Assembly (NCBI RefSeq): GCF_964355755.1
Contig: NC_092675.1
Span: 13,488,912 to 13,552,911, forward strand
Reading direction: 5' to 3'
DNA length: 64,000 nucleotides
Origin: Antedon mediterranea
Lineage: Eukaryota; Animalia; Echinodermata
Shown here one piece after another: positions 12,835 to 27,100 of the stretch (positions are counted from its first letter, which is position 1; the number at the start of each line of letters is the position of its first letter). The notes under the pieces were generated by a model. That model made no database searches. It saw only the letters and a program-made list of their open reading frames with translations, and was not told where the DNA came from. The translations under genes and the position numbers were made by a program.

Positions 12835-14908
12835 TTAGAATAGCTTCAAATCGCATTTGGAGACTATTTAGACCATTTTGTGATTTTTGAAAAAACTTGT
12901 TAACATAAAAACACGAAAGTGCTTAGAATAGCTTCAAATCGCATTTGGAAACGTTTTAGACCATTTTGTGATTTTCGAAAAAGATTGTTAACATAAAAAC
13001 ACCAATGTGCTTAGAATCACATTATACACCGTTTTAGACCATTTTGAGCATTTCGATAACAATTTTCACACAAAAACATCAAAGGGCACAAAATAGCTTA
13101 ATATCGTATTTAAAAATGTTTTAGACCATTTTGAGCATTTAGATAAAACTTTTTCACACAAAACACCAAAGTGCTTAGAATAGCTTCAAATCGCATTTGG
13201 AGACGGTTTAGAACATTTTGTGATTTTGAAAAAACTTTTTAACATAAAAACACCAAAGTGCTTAGAATAGCTTCAAATCGCATTTGGAGACGTTTTAGAC
13301 CATTTTGTGATTTTCGAAAAAACTTGTTAACATAAAAACACCAAAGTGCTTAGAATAGCTTCAAATCGTATTTGGAGACGTTTTAGACCATTTTGAGATT
13401 TTCGAAAAAACTTGGTTACACAAAAACATCAAAGTGCTTAAAATCACATTATAAACCGTTTTAGACCATTTTGAGCATTTCGATAACACTTTTCACACAA
13501 AAACATCAAAGAGCACAAAATAGCTTAATATCGTATTTAAAAACGTTTTAGACCATTTTGAGCATTTCGACAAAACTTTTTCACACAAAACACCAAAGTG
13601 CTTAGAATAGCTTCAAATCGCATTTGGAGACGTTTTAGACCAATTTGTGCATTTCGATGAAACTTGATTACACAAAAACATCAAAGTGCTTAAAATCACA
13701 TTATAAACCGTTTTAGACCATTTTGAGCATTTCGATAACACTTTTCACACAAAAACATCAAAGAGCACAAAATAGCTTAATATCGTATTTAAAAACGTTT
13801 TAGACCATGATTTTCGAAAAAACTTGTTAACATAAAAACACCAAAGTGCTTAGAATAGCTTCAAATCACATTTGGAGACGTTTTAGACCAATTTGTGATT
13901 TTCGAAAAAACTTATCAACATAAAAACACCAAAGGGCTTAGAATAGCTTCAAATCGCATTTGGAGACTATTTAGACCATTTTGTGATTTTTGAAAAAACT
14001 TGTTAACATAAAAACACGAAAGTGCTTAGAATAGCTTCAAATCGCATTTGGAAACGTTTTATTCCATTTTGTGATTTTCGAAAAAGATTGTTAACATAAA
14101 AACACCAATGTGCTTAGAATCACATTATAAACCGTTTTAGACAATTTTGAGCATTTCGATAACAATTTTCACACAAAAACATCAAAGAGCACAAAATAGC
14201 TTAATATCGTATTTAAAAATGTTTTAGACCATTTTGAGCATTTAGATAAAACTTTTTCACACAAAACACCAAAGTGCTTAGAATAGCTTCAAATCGCATT
14301 TGGAGACGGTTTAGAACATTTTGTGATTTTGAAAAAACTTGTTAACATAAAAACACCAAAGTGCTTAGAATAGCTTCAAATCGCATTTGGAGACGTTTTA
14401 GACCATTTTGTGATTTTCGAAAAAACTTGTTAACATAAAAACACCAAAGTGCTTAGAATAGCTTCAAATCGTATTTGGAGACGTTTTAGACCATTTTGAG
14501 ATTTTCGAAAAAACTTGGTTACACAAAAACATCAAAGTGCTTAAAATCACATTATAAACCGTTTTAGACCATTTTGAGCATTTCGATAACACTTTTCACA
14601 CAAAAACATCAAAGAGCACAAAATAGCTTAATATCGTATTTAAAAACGTTTTAGACCATTTTGAGCATTTCGACAAAACTTTTTCACACAAAACACCAAA
14701 GTGCTTAGAATAGCTTCAAATCGCATTTGGAGACGTTTTAGACCAATTTGTGCATTTCGATGAAACTTGATTACACAAAAACATCAAAGTGCTTAAAATC
14801 ACATTATAAACCGTTTTAGACCATTTTGAGCATTTCGATAACACTTTTCACACAAAAACATCAAAGAGCACAAAATAGCTTAATATCGTATTTAAAAACG
14901 TTTTAGAC
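12835..14908. repeat. Local tandem duplication, period 1103 bp (~1.9 copies)
   Basis: GGAGACTATTTAG at 12,865 and 13,968; ACCAATGTG and GGTTTAGAACAT variants at the same offset. Confidence 0.8.
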
Positions 14909-17585
14909 CATTTTGAGCATTTAGAAAAAACTTTTTCACACAAAACACCAAAGTGCTTAGAATAGCTTCAAATCGCATTTGAAGACGTTTTAGACCATTT
15001 TGTGATTTTTGAAAAAACTTGTTAACATAAAAACACCAAAGTGCTTAGAATAGCTTCAAATCACATTTGGAGATGTTTTAGACCATTTTGTGATTTTTGA
15101 AAAAACTTGTTAACATAAAAACACGAAAGTGCTTAGAATAGCTTCAAATCACATTTGGAGACGTTTTAGACCATTTTGTGATTTTTGAAAAAACTTGTTA
15201 ACATAAAAACACGAAAGTGCTTAGAATAGCTTCAAATCGCATTTGGAAACGTTTTAGACCATTTTGTGATTTTCGAAAAAGATTGTTAACATAAAAACAC
15301 CAATGTGCTTAGAATCACATTATAAACCGTTTTAGACCATTTTGAGCATTTCGATAACAATTTTCACACAAAAACATCAAAGAGCACAAAATAGCTTAAT
15401 ATCGTATTTATAAATGTTTTAGACCATTTTGAGCATTTCGACAAAACTTTTTCACACAAAACACCAAAGTGCTTAGAATAGCTTCAAATCGCATTTGGAG
15501 ACGTTTTTTATACCATTTTGTGATTTCGATGAAACTTGATTACACAAAAACATCAAAGTGCTTAAAATCACATTATAAACCGTTTTAGACCATTTTGAGC
15601 ATTTCGATAACACTTTTCACACAAAAACATCAAAGAGCACAAAATAGCTTAATATCGTATTTAAAAACGTTTTAGACCATTTTGAGCATTTAGACAAAAC
15701 TTTTTCACACAAACCACCAAAGTGCTTAGAATAGCTTCAAATCGCATTTGGAGACGTTTTAGAACATTTTGTGTTTTTCGAAAAAAACTGTTAACATAAA
15801 AACACCAAAGTGCTTAGAATAGCTTCAAATCGCATTTGGAGAAACTTGATTACACAAAAACATCAAAGTGCTTAAAATCACATTATAAACCGTTTTAGAC
15901 CATTTTGAGCATTTCGATAACACTTTTCACACAAAAACATCAAAGAGCACAAAATAGCTTAATATCGTATTTAAAAACGTTTTAGACCATTTTGAGCATT
16001 TCGACAAAACTTTTTCACACAAAACACCAAAGTGCTTAGAATAGCTTCAAATCGCATTTGGAGACGTTTTAGACCAATTTGTGCATTTCGATGAAACTTG
16101 ATTACACAAAAACATCAAAGTGCTTAAAATCACATTATAAACCGTTTTAGACCATTTTGAGCATTTCGATAACACTTTTCACACAAAAACATCAAAGAGC
16201 ACAAAATAGCTTAATATCGTATTTAAAAACGTTTTAGACCATTTTGAGCATTTAGAAAAAACTTTTTCACACAAAACACCAAAGTGCTTAGAATAGCTTC
16301 AAATCGCATTTGAAGACGTTTTAGACCATTTTGTGATTTTTGAAAAAACTTGTTAACATAAAAACACCAAAGTGCTTAGAATAGCTTCAAATCACATTTG
16401 GAGATGTTTTAGACCATTTTGTGATTTTTGAAAAAACTTGTTAACATAAAAACACGAAAGTGCTTAGAATAGCTTCAAATCACATTTGGAGACGTTTTAG
16501 ACCATTTTGTGATTTTTGAAAAAACTTGTTAACATAAAAACACGAAAGTGCTTAGAATAGCTTCAAATCGCATTTGGAAACGTTTTAGACCATTTTGTGA
16601 TTTTCGAAAAAGATTGTTAACATAAAAACACCAATGTGCTTAGAATCACATTATAAACCGTTTTAGACCATTTTGAGCATTTCGATAACAATTTTCACAC
16701 AAAAACATCAAAGAGCACAAAATAGCTTAATATCGTATTTATAAATGTTTTAGACCATTTTGAGCATTTCGACAAAACTTTTTCACACAAAACACCAAAG
16801 TGCTTAGAATAGCTTCAAATCGCATTTGGAGACGTTTTTTATACCATTTTGTGATTTCGATGAAACTTGATTACACAAAAACATCAAAGTGCTTAAAATC
16901 ACATTATAAACCGTTTTAGACCATTTTGAGCATTTCGATAACACTTTTCACACAAAAACATCAAAGAGCACAAAATAGCTTAATATCGTATTTAAAAACG
17001 TTTTAGACCATTTTGAGCATTTAGACAAAACTTTTTCACACAAACCACCAAAGTGCTTAGAATAGCTTCAAATCGCATTTGGAGACGTTTTAGAACATTT
17101 TGTGTTTTTCGAAAAAAACTGTTAACATAAAAACACCAAAGTGCTTAGAATAGCTTCAAATCGCATTTGGAGAAACTTGATTACACAAAAACATCAAAGT
17201 GCTTAAAATCACATTATAAACCGTTTTAGACCATTTTGAGCATTTCGATAACACTTTTCACACAAAAACATCAAAGAGCACAAAATAGCTTAATATCGTA
17301 TTTAAAAACGTTTTAGACCATTTTGAGCATTTCGACAAAACTTTTTCACACAAAACACCAAAGTGCTTAGAATAGCTTCAAATCGCATTTGGAGACGTTT
17401 TAGACCAATTTGTGCATTTCGATGAAACTTGATTACACAAAAACATCAAAGTGCTTAAAATCACATTATAAACCGTTTTAGACCATTTTGAGCATTTCGA
17501 TAACACTTTTCACACAAAAACATCAAAGAGCACAAAATAGCTTAATATCGTATTTAAAAACGTTTTAGACCATTTTGAGCATTTA
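14519..17585. repeat. Local tandem duplication, period 1331 bp (~2.3 copies), with a further copy 2691 bp downstream
   Basis: TTGAAGACG at 14,981/16,312/19,003; 30-bp deletion junction at 15,842/17,173/19,864; TTTTTTATACC and TTTATAAATG variants co-occur. Confidence 0.87.
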
Positions 17586-20500
17586 GACAAAACTTTTTCA
17601 CACAAAACACCAAAGTGCTTAGAATAGCTTCAAATCGCATTTGGAGACGTTTTAGACCATTTTGTGCATTTCGATGGAACTTGGTTACACAAAAACATCA
17701 AAGTGCTTAAAATCACATTATAAATCGTTTTAGACCATTTTGAGCATTTCGACAAAACTTTTTCACACAAAATACAAAAGTGCTTAGAATAGCTTCAAAT
17801 CGCATTTGGAGACGTTTTAGACCATTTTGTGATTTTCGAAAAAACTTTTTAACATAAAAACACCAAAGTGCTTAGAATAGCTTCAAATCACATTTGGAGA
17901 CGTTTTAGACCATTTTGTGATTTTCGAAAAAACTTGTTAACATAAAAACACGAAAGTTCTTAGAATAGCTTCAAATCGCATTTAGAAACGTTTTAGACCA
18001 TTTTGTGATTTTCGAAAAAAATTGTTAACATAAAAACACCAAAGTGCTTAGAATCACATTATAAACCGTTTTAGACCATTTTGAGCATTTCGATAACAAT
18101 TTTCACACAAAAACATCAAAGAGCACAAAATAGCTTAATATCGTATTTAAAAATGTTTTAGACCATTTTGAGCATTTAGATAAAACTTTTTCACACAAAA
18201 CACCAAAGTGCTTAGAATAGCTTCAAATCGCATTTGGAGACGTTTTAGACCAATTTGTGATTTTTGAAAAAACTTGTTAACATAAAAACACCAAAGTGCT
18301 TAGAATAGCTTCAAATCACATTTGGAGACGTTTTAGACCATTTTGTGATTTTGAACAAACTTGTTAACATAAAAACACCAAAGTGCTTAGAATAGCTTCA
18401 AATCGCATTTGGAGACGTTTTAGACCATTTTGTGATTTTCGAAAAAACTTGTTAACATAAAAACACCAAAGTGCTTAGAATAGCTTCAAATCGTATTTGG
18501 AGACGTTTTAGACCATTTTGAGATTTTCGAAAAAACTTGGTTACACAAAAACATCAAAGTGCTTAAAATCACATTATAAACCGTTTTAGACCATTTTGAG
18601 CATTTCGATAACACTTTTCACACAAAAACATCAAAGAGCACAAAATAGCTTAATATCGTATTTAAAAACGTTTTAGACCATTTTGAGCATTTCGACAAAA
18701 CTTTTTCACACAAAACACCAAAGTGCTTAGAATAGCTTCAAATCGCATTTGGAGACGTTTTAGACCAATTTATGCATTTCGATGAAACTTGATTAAACAA
18801 AAACATCAAAGTGCTTAAAATCACATTATAAACCGTTTTAGACCATTTTGAGCATTTCGATAACACTTTTCACACAAAAACATCAAAGAGCACAAAATAG
18901 CTTAATATCGTATTTAAAAACGTTTTAGACCATTTTGAGCATTTAGAAAAAACTTTTTCACACAAAACACCAAAGTGCTTAGAATAGCTTCAAATCGCAT
19001 TTGAAGACGTTTTAGACCATTTTGTGATTTTTGAAAAAACTTGTTAACATAAAAACACCAAAGTGCTTAGAATAGCTTCAAATCACATTTGGAGATGTTT
19101 TAGACCATTTTGTGATTTTTGAAAAAACTTGTTAACATAAAAACACGAAAGTGCTTAGAATAGCTTCAAATCACATTTGGAGACGTTTTAGACCATTTTG
19201 TGATTTTTGAAAAAACTTGTTAACATAAAAACACGAAAGTGCATAGAATAGCTTCAAATCGCATTTGGAAACGTTTTAGACCATTTTGTGATTTTCGAAA
19301 AAGATTGTTAACATAAAAACACCAATGTGCTTAGAATCACATTATAAACCGTTTTAGACCATTTTGAGCATTTCGATAACAATTTTCACACAAAAACATC
19401 AAAGAGCACAAAATAGCTTAATATCGTATTTATAAATGTTTTAGACCATTTTGAGCATTTCGACAAAACTTTTTCACACAAAACACCAAAGTGCTTAGAA
19501 TAGCTTCAAATCGCATTTGGAGACGTTTTTTATACCATTTTGTGATTTCGATGAAACTTGATTACACAAAAACATCAAAGTGCTTAAAATCACATTATAA
19601 ACCGTTTTAGACCATTTTGAGCATTTCGATAACACTTTTCACACAAAAACATCAAAGAGCACAAAATAGCTTAATATCGTATTTAAAAACGTTTTAGACC
19701 ATTTTGAGCATTTAGACAAAACTTTTTCACACAAAACACCAAAGTGCTTAGAATAGCTTCAAATCGCATTTGGAGACGTTTTAGAACATTTTGTGTTTTT
19801 CGAAAAAAACTGTTAACATAAAAACACCAAAGTGCTTAGAATAGCTTCAAATCGCATTTGGAGAAACTTGATTACACAAAAACATCAAAGTGCTTAAAAT
19901 CACATTATAAACCGTTTTAGACCATTTTGAGCATTTCGATAACACTTTTCACACAAAAAAATCAAAGAGCACAAAATAGCTTAATATCGTATTTAAAAAC
20001 GTTTTAGACCATTTTGAGCATTTAGACAAAACTTTTTCACACAAAACACCAAAGTGCTTAGAATAGCTTCAAATCGCATTTGGAGACGTTTTAGACCATT
20101 TTGTGCATTTCGATGAAACTTGGTTACACAAAAACATCAAAGTGCTTAAAATCACATTATAAATCGTTTTAGACCATTTTGAGCATTTCGACAAAACTTT
20201 TTCACACAAAATACCAAAGTGCTTAGAATAGCTTCAAATCGCATTTCGAGACGTTTTAGACCATTTTGTGATTTTCGAAAAAACTTTTTAACATAAAAAC
20301 ACCAAAGTGCTTAGAATAGCTTCAAATCACATTTGGAGACATTTTAGACCATTTTGTGATTTTCGAAAAAACTTGTTAACATAAAAACACGAAAGTGCTT
20401 AGAATAGCTTCAAATCGCATTTGGAAACGTTTTAGACCATTTTGTGATTTTCGAAAAAAATTGTTAACATAAAAACACCAAAGTGCTTAGAATCACATTA

Positions 20501-21164
20501 TAAACCGTTTTAGACCATTTTGAGCATTTCGATAACAATTTTCACACAAAAACATCAAAGAGCACAAAATAGCTTAATATCGTATTTAAAAATGTTTTAG
20601 ACCATTTTGAGCATTTAGATAAAACTTTTTCACACAAAACACCAAAGTGCTTAGAATAGCTTCAAATCGCATTTGGAGACGTTTTAGACCATTTTGTGAT
20701 TTTCGAAAAAACTTTTTAACATAAAAACACCAAAGTGCTTAGAATAGCTTCAAATCGTATTTGGAGACGTTTTAGACCATTTTGAGATTTTCGAAAAAAC
20801 TTGGTTACACAAAAACATCAAAGTGCTTAAAATCACATTATAAACCGTTTTAGACCATTTTGAGCATTTCGATAACACTTTTCACACAAAAACATCAAAG
20901 AGCACAAAATAGCTTAATATCGTATTTAAAAACGTTTTAGACCATTTTGAGCATTTCGACAAAACTTTTTCACACAAAACACCAAAGTGCTTAGAATAGC
21001 TTCAAATCGCATTTGGAGACGTTTTAGACCAATTTGTGCATTTCGATGAAACTTGATTACACAAAAACATCAAAGTGCTTAAAATCACATTATAAACCGT
21101 TTTAGACCATTTTGAGCATTTCGATAACACTTTTCACACAAAAACATCAAAGAGCACAAAATAG

Positions 21165-24100
21165 CTTAATATCGTATTTAAAAATGTTTTAGACCATTTT
21201 GAGCATTTAGATAAAACTTTTTCACACAAAACACCAAAGTGCTTAGAATAGCTTCAAATCGCATTTGGAGACGTTTTAGACCATTTTGTGATTTTTGAAA
21301 AAACTTGTTAACATAAAAACACCAAAGTGCTTAGAATAGCTTCAAATCACATTTGGAGACGTTTTAGACCATTTTGTGATTTTCGAAAAAACTTGTTAAC
21401 ATAAAAACACGAAAGTGCTTAGAATAGCTTCAAATCGCATTTGGAAACGTTTTAGACCATTTTGTGATTTTCGAAAAAACTTGTTAACATAAAAACACGA
21501 AAGTGCTTAGAATAGCTTCAAATCGCATTTGGAGACGTTTTAGACCATTTTGTGATTTTCGAAAAAACTTGTTAACATAAAAACACGAAAGTGCTTAGAA
21601 TAGCTTCAAATCACATTTGGAGACGTTTTAGACCATTTTGTGATTTTTGAAAAAACTTGTTAACATAAAAACACGAAAGTGCTTAGAATAGCTTCAAATC
21701 GCATTTGGAAACGTTTTAGACCAATTTGTGCATTTCGATGAAACTTGATTACACAAAAACATCAAAGTGCTTAAAATCACATTATAAACCGTTTTAGACC
21801 ATTTTGAGCATTTCGATAACACTTTTCACACAAAAACATTAAAGAGCACAAAATAGCTTAATATCGTATTTAAAAACGTTTTAGACCATTTTGAGCATTT
21901 AGACAAAACTTTTTCACACAAAACACCAAAGTGCTTAGAATAGCTTCAAATCGCATTTGGAGACGTTTTAGACCATTTTGTGCATTTCGATGAAACTTGG
22001 TTACACAAAAACATCAAAGTGCTTAAAATCACATTATAAATCGTTTTAGACCATTTTGAGCATTTCGACAAAACTTTTTCACACAAAATACCAAAGTGCT
22101 TAGAATAGCTTCAAATCGCATTTCGAGACGTTTTAGACCATTTTGTGATTTTCGAAAAAACTTTTTAACATAAAAACACCAAAGTGCTTAGAATAGCTTC
22201 AAATCACATTTGGAGACATTTTAGACCATTTTGTGATTTTCAAAAAAACTTGTTAACATAAAAACACGAAAGTTCTTAGAATAGCTTCAAATCGCATTTG
22301 GAAACGTTTTAGACCATTTTGTGATTTTCGAAAAAAATTGTTAACATAAAAACACCAAAGTGCTTAGAATCACATTATAAACCGTTTTAGACCATTTTGA
22401 GCATTTCGATAACAATTTTCACACAAAAACATCAAAGAGCACAAAATAGCTTAATATCGTATTTAAAAATGTTTTAGACCATTTTGAGCATTTAGATAAA
22501 ACTTTTTCACACAAAACACCAAAGTGCTTAGAATAGCTTCAAATCGCATTTCGAGACGTTTTAGACCATTTTGTGATTTTTGAAAAAACTTGTTAACATA
22601 AAAACACCAAAGTGCTTAGAATAGCTTCAAATCACATTTTGATACGTTTTAGCCCATTTTGTGATTTTCGAAAAAACATGTTAACATAAAAACACGAAAG
22701 TGCTTAGAATAGCTTCAAATCACATTTGGAGACGTTTTAGACCATTTTGTGATTTTTGAAAAAACTTGTTAACATAAAAACACGAAAGTGCTTAGAATAG
22801 CTTCAAATCGCATTTGGAAACGTTTTAGACCATTTTGTGATTTTCGAAAAAGATTGTTAACATAAAAACACCAAAGTGCTTAGAATCACATTATAAACCG
22901 TTTTAGACCATTTTGAGCATTTCGATAACAATTTTCACACAAAAACATCAAAGAGCACAAAATAGCTTAATATCGTATTTAAAAATGTTTTAGACCATTT
23001 TGAGCATTTAGATAAAACTTTTTCACACAAAACACCAAAGTGCTTAGAATAGCTTCAAATCGCATTTGGAGACGGTTTAGACCATTTTGTGATTTTGAAA
23101 AAACTTGTTAACATAAAAACACCAAAGTGCTTAGAATAGCTTCAAATCGCATTTGGAGACGTTTTAGACCATTTTGTGATTTTCGAAAAAACTTGTTAAC
23201 ATAAAAACACCAAAGTGCTTAGAATAGCTTCAAATCGTATTTGGAGACGTTTTAGACCATTTTGAGATTTTCGAAAAAACTTGGTTACACAAAAACATCA
23301 AAGTGCTTAAAATCACATTATAAACCGTTTTAGACCATTTTGAGCATTTCGATAACACTTTTCACACAAAAACATCAAAGAGCACAAAATAGCTTAATAT
23401 CGTATTTAAAAACGTTTTAGACCATTTTGAGCATTTCGACAAAACTTTTTCACACAAAACACCAAAGTGCTTAGAATAGCTTCAAATCGCATTTGGAGAC
23501 GTTTTAGACCAATTTGTGATTTTTGAAAAAACTTGTTAACATAAAAACACCAAAGTGCTTAGAATAGCTTCAAATCACATTTGGAGACGTTTTAGACCAT
23601 TTTGTGATTTTCGAAAAAACTTGTTAACATAAAAACACGAAAGTGCTTAGAATAGCTTCAAATCGCATTTGGAGACGTTTTAGAACATTTTGTGTTTTTC
23701 GAAAAAAACTGTTAACATAAAAACACCAAAGTGCTTAGAATAGCTTCAAATCGCATTTGGAGACGTTTTAGACCATTTTGTGATTTTTGAAAAAACTTGT
23801 TAACATAAAAACACCAAAGTGCTTAGAATAGCTTCAAATCACATTTGGAGACGTTTTAGACCATTTTGTGATTTTCGAAAAAACTTGTTAACATAAAAAC
23901 ACGAAAGTGCTTAGAATAGCTTCAAATCGCATTTGGAAACGTTTTAGACCATTTTGTGATTTTCGAAAAAACTTGTTAACATAAAAACACCAAAGTGTTT
24001 AGAATAGCTTCAAATCGCATTTGGAGACGTTTTAGACCAATTTGTGATTTTCGAAAAAACTTATCAACATAAAAACACCAAAGTGCTTAGAATAGCTTCA

Positions 24101-27100
24101 AATCGCATTTGGAGACGGTTTAGACCATTTTGTGATTTTGAAAAAACTTGTTAACATAAAAACACCAAAGTGCTTAGAATAGCTTCAAATCGCATTTGGA
24201 GACGTTTTAGACCATTTTGTGATTTTCGAAAAAACTTGTTAACATAAAAACACCAAAGTGCTTAGAATAGCTTCAAATCGTATTTGGAGACGTTTTAGAC
24301 CATTTTGAGATTTTCGAAAAAACTTGGTTACACAAAAACATCAAAGTGCTTAAAATCACATTATAAACCGTTTTAGACCATTTTGAACATTTCGATAACA
24401 CTTTTCACACAAAAACATCAAAGAGCACAAAATAGCTTAATATCGTATTTAAAAACGTTTTGGACCATTTTGAGCATTTCGACAAAACTTTTTCACACAA
24501 AACACCAAAGTGCTTAGAATACCTTCAAATCGCATTTGGAGACGTTTTAGACCAATTTGTGCATTTCGATGAAACTTGATTACACAAAAACATCAACGTG
24601 CTTAAAATCACATTATAAACCGTTTTAGACCATTTTGAGCATTTCGATAACACTTTTCACACAAAAACATCAAAGAGCACAAAATAGCTTAATATCGTAT
24701 TTAAAAACGTTTTAGACCATTTTGAGCCTTTAGACAAAACTTTTTCACACAAAACACCAAAGTGCTTAGAATAGCTTCAAATCGCATTTGGAGACGTTTT
24801 AGACCATTTTGTGCATTTCGATGAAACTTGGTTACACAAAAACATCAAAGTGCTTAAAATCACATTATAAATCGTTTTAGACCATTTTGAGGATTTCGAC
24901 AAAACTTTTTCACACCAAATACCAAAGGGCTTAGAATAGCTTCAAATCGCATTTGGAGACGTTTTAGACCATTTTGTGATTTTCGAAAAAACTTTTTAAC
25001 ATAAAAACACCAAAGTGCTTAGAATAGCTTCAAATCACATTTGGAGACGTTTTAGACCATTTTGTGATTTTCGAAAAAACTTGTTAACATAAAAACACGA
25101 AAGTGCTTAGAATAGCTTCAAATCGCAATTGGAAACGTTTTAGACCATTTTGTGATTTTCGAAAAAAATTGTTAACATAAAAACACCAAAGTGCTTAGAA
25201 TCACATTATAAACCGTTTTAGACCATTTTGAGCATTTCGATAACAATTTTCACACAAAAACATCAAAGAGCACAAAATAGCTTAATATCGTATTTAAAAA
25301 TGTTTTAGACCATTTTGAGCATTTAGATAAAACTTTTTCACACAAAACACCAAAGTGCTTAGAATAGCTTCAAATCGCATTTGGAGACGTTTTAGACCAT
25401 TTTGTGATTTTTGAAAAAAACTTGTTAACATAAAAACACCAAAGTGTTTAGAATAGCTTCAAATCGCATTTGGAGACGTTTTAGACCAATTTGTGATTTT
25501 CGAAAAAACTTATCAACATAAAAACACCAAAGGGTTTAGAATAGCTTCAAATCGCATTTGGAGACGTTTTAGACCATTTTGTGATTTTGAAAAAACTTGT
25601 TAACATAAAAACACCAAAGTGCTTAGAATAGCTTCAAATCGCATTTGGAGACGTTTTAGACCATTTTGTGATTTTCGAAAAAACTTGTTAACATAAAAAC
25701 ACCAAAGTGCTTAGAATAGCTTCAAATCGTATTTGGAGACGTTTTAGACCATTTTGAGATTTTCGAAAAAACTTGGTTACACAAAAACATCAAAGTGCTT
25801 AAAATCACATTATAAACCGTTTTAGACCATTTTGAGTATTTCGATAACACTTTTCACACAAAAACATCAAAGAGCACAAAATAGCTTAATATCGTATTTA
25901 AAAACGTTTTAGACCATTTTGAGCATTTCGACAAAACTTTTTCACACAAAACACCAAAGTGCTTAGAATAGCTTCAAATCGCATTTGGAGACGTTTTAGA
26001 CCAATTTGTGCATTTCGATGAAACTTGATTACACAAAAACATCAAAGTGCTTAAAATCACATTATAAACCGTTTTAGACCATTTTGAGCATTTCGATAAC
26101 ACTTTTCACACAAAAACATCAAAGAGCACAAAATAGCTTAATATCGTATTTAAAAACGTTTTAGACCATTTTGAGCATTTAGACAAAACTTTTTCACACA
26201 AAACACCAAAGTGCTTAGAAAAGCTTCAAATCGCATTTGGAGACGTTTTAGACCATTTTGTGCATTTCGATGGAACTTGGTTACACAAAAACATCAAAGT
26301 GCTTAAAATCACATTATAAATCGTTTTAGACCATTTTGAGCATTTCGACAAAACTTTTTCACACAAAATACAAAAGTGCTTAGAATAGCTTCAAATCGCA
26401 TTTGGAGACGTTTTAGACCATTTTGTGATTTTCGAAAAAACTTTTTAACATAAAAACACCAAAGTGCTTAGAATAGCTTCAAATCACATTTGGAGACGTT
26501 TTAGACCATTTTGTGATTTTCGAAAAAACTTGTTAACATAAAAACACGAAAGTGCATAGAATAGCTTCAAATCGCATTTGGAAACGTTTTAGACCATTTT
26601 GTGATTTTCGAAAAAAATTGTTAACATAAAAACACCAAAGTGCTTAGAATCACATTATAAACCGTTTTAGACCATTTTGAGCATTTCGATAACAATTTTC
26701 ACACAAAAACATCAAAGAGCACAAATTAGCTTAATATCGTATTTAAAAATGTTTTAGACCATTTTGAGCATTTAGATAAAACTTTTTCACACAAAACACC
26801 AAAGTGCTTAGAATAGCTTCAAATCGCATTTGGAGACGTTTTAGACCATTTTGTGATTTTTGAAAAAACTTGTTAACATAAAAACACCAAAGTGCTTAGA
26901 ATAGCTTCAAATCACATTTGGAGACGTTTTAGACCATTTTGTGATTTTCGAAAAAACTTGTTAACATAAAAACACGAAAGTGCTTAGAATAGCTTCAAAT
27001 CGCATTTGGAAACGTTTTAGACCATTTTGTGATTTTCGAAAAAACTTGTTAACATAAAAACACGAAAGTGCTTAGAATAGCTTCAAATCGCATTTGGAGA

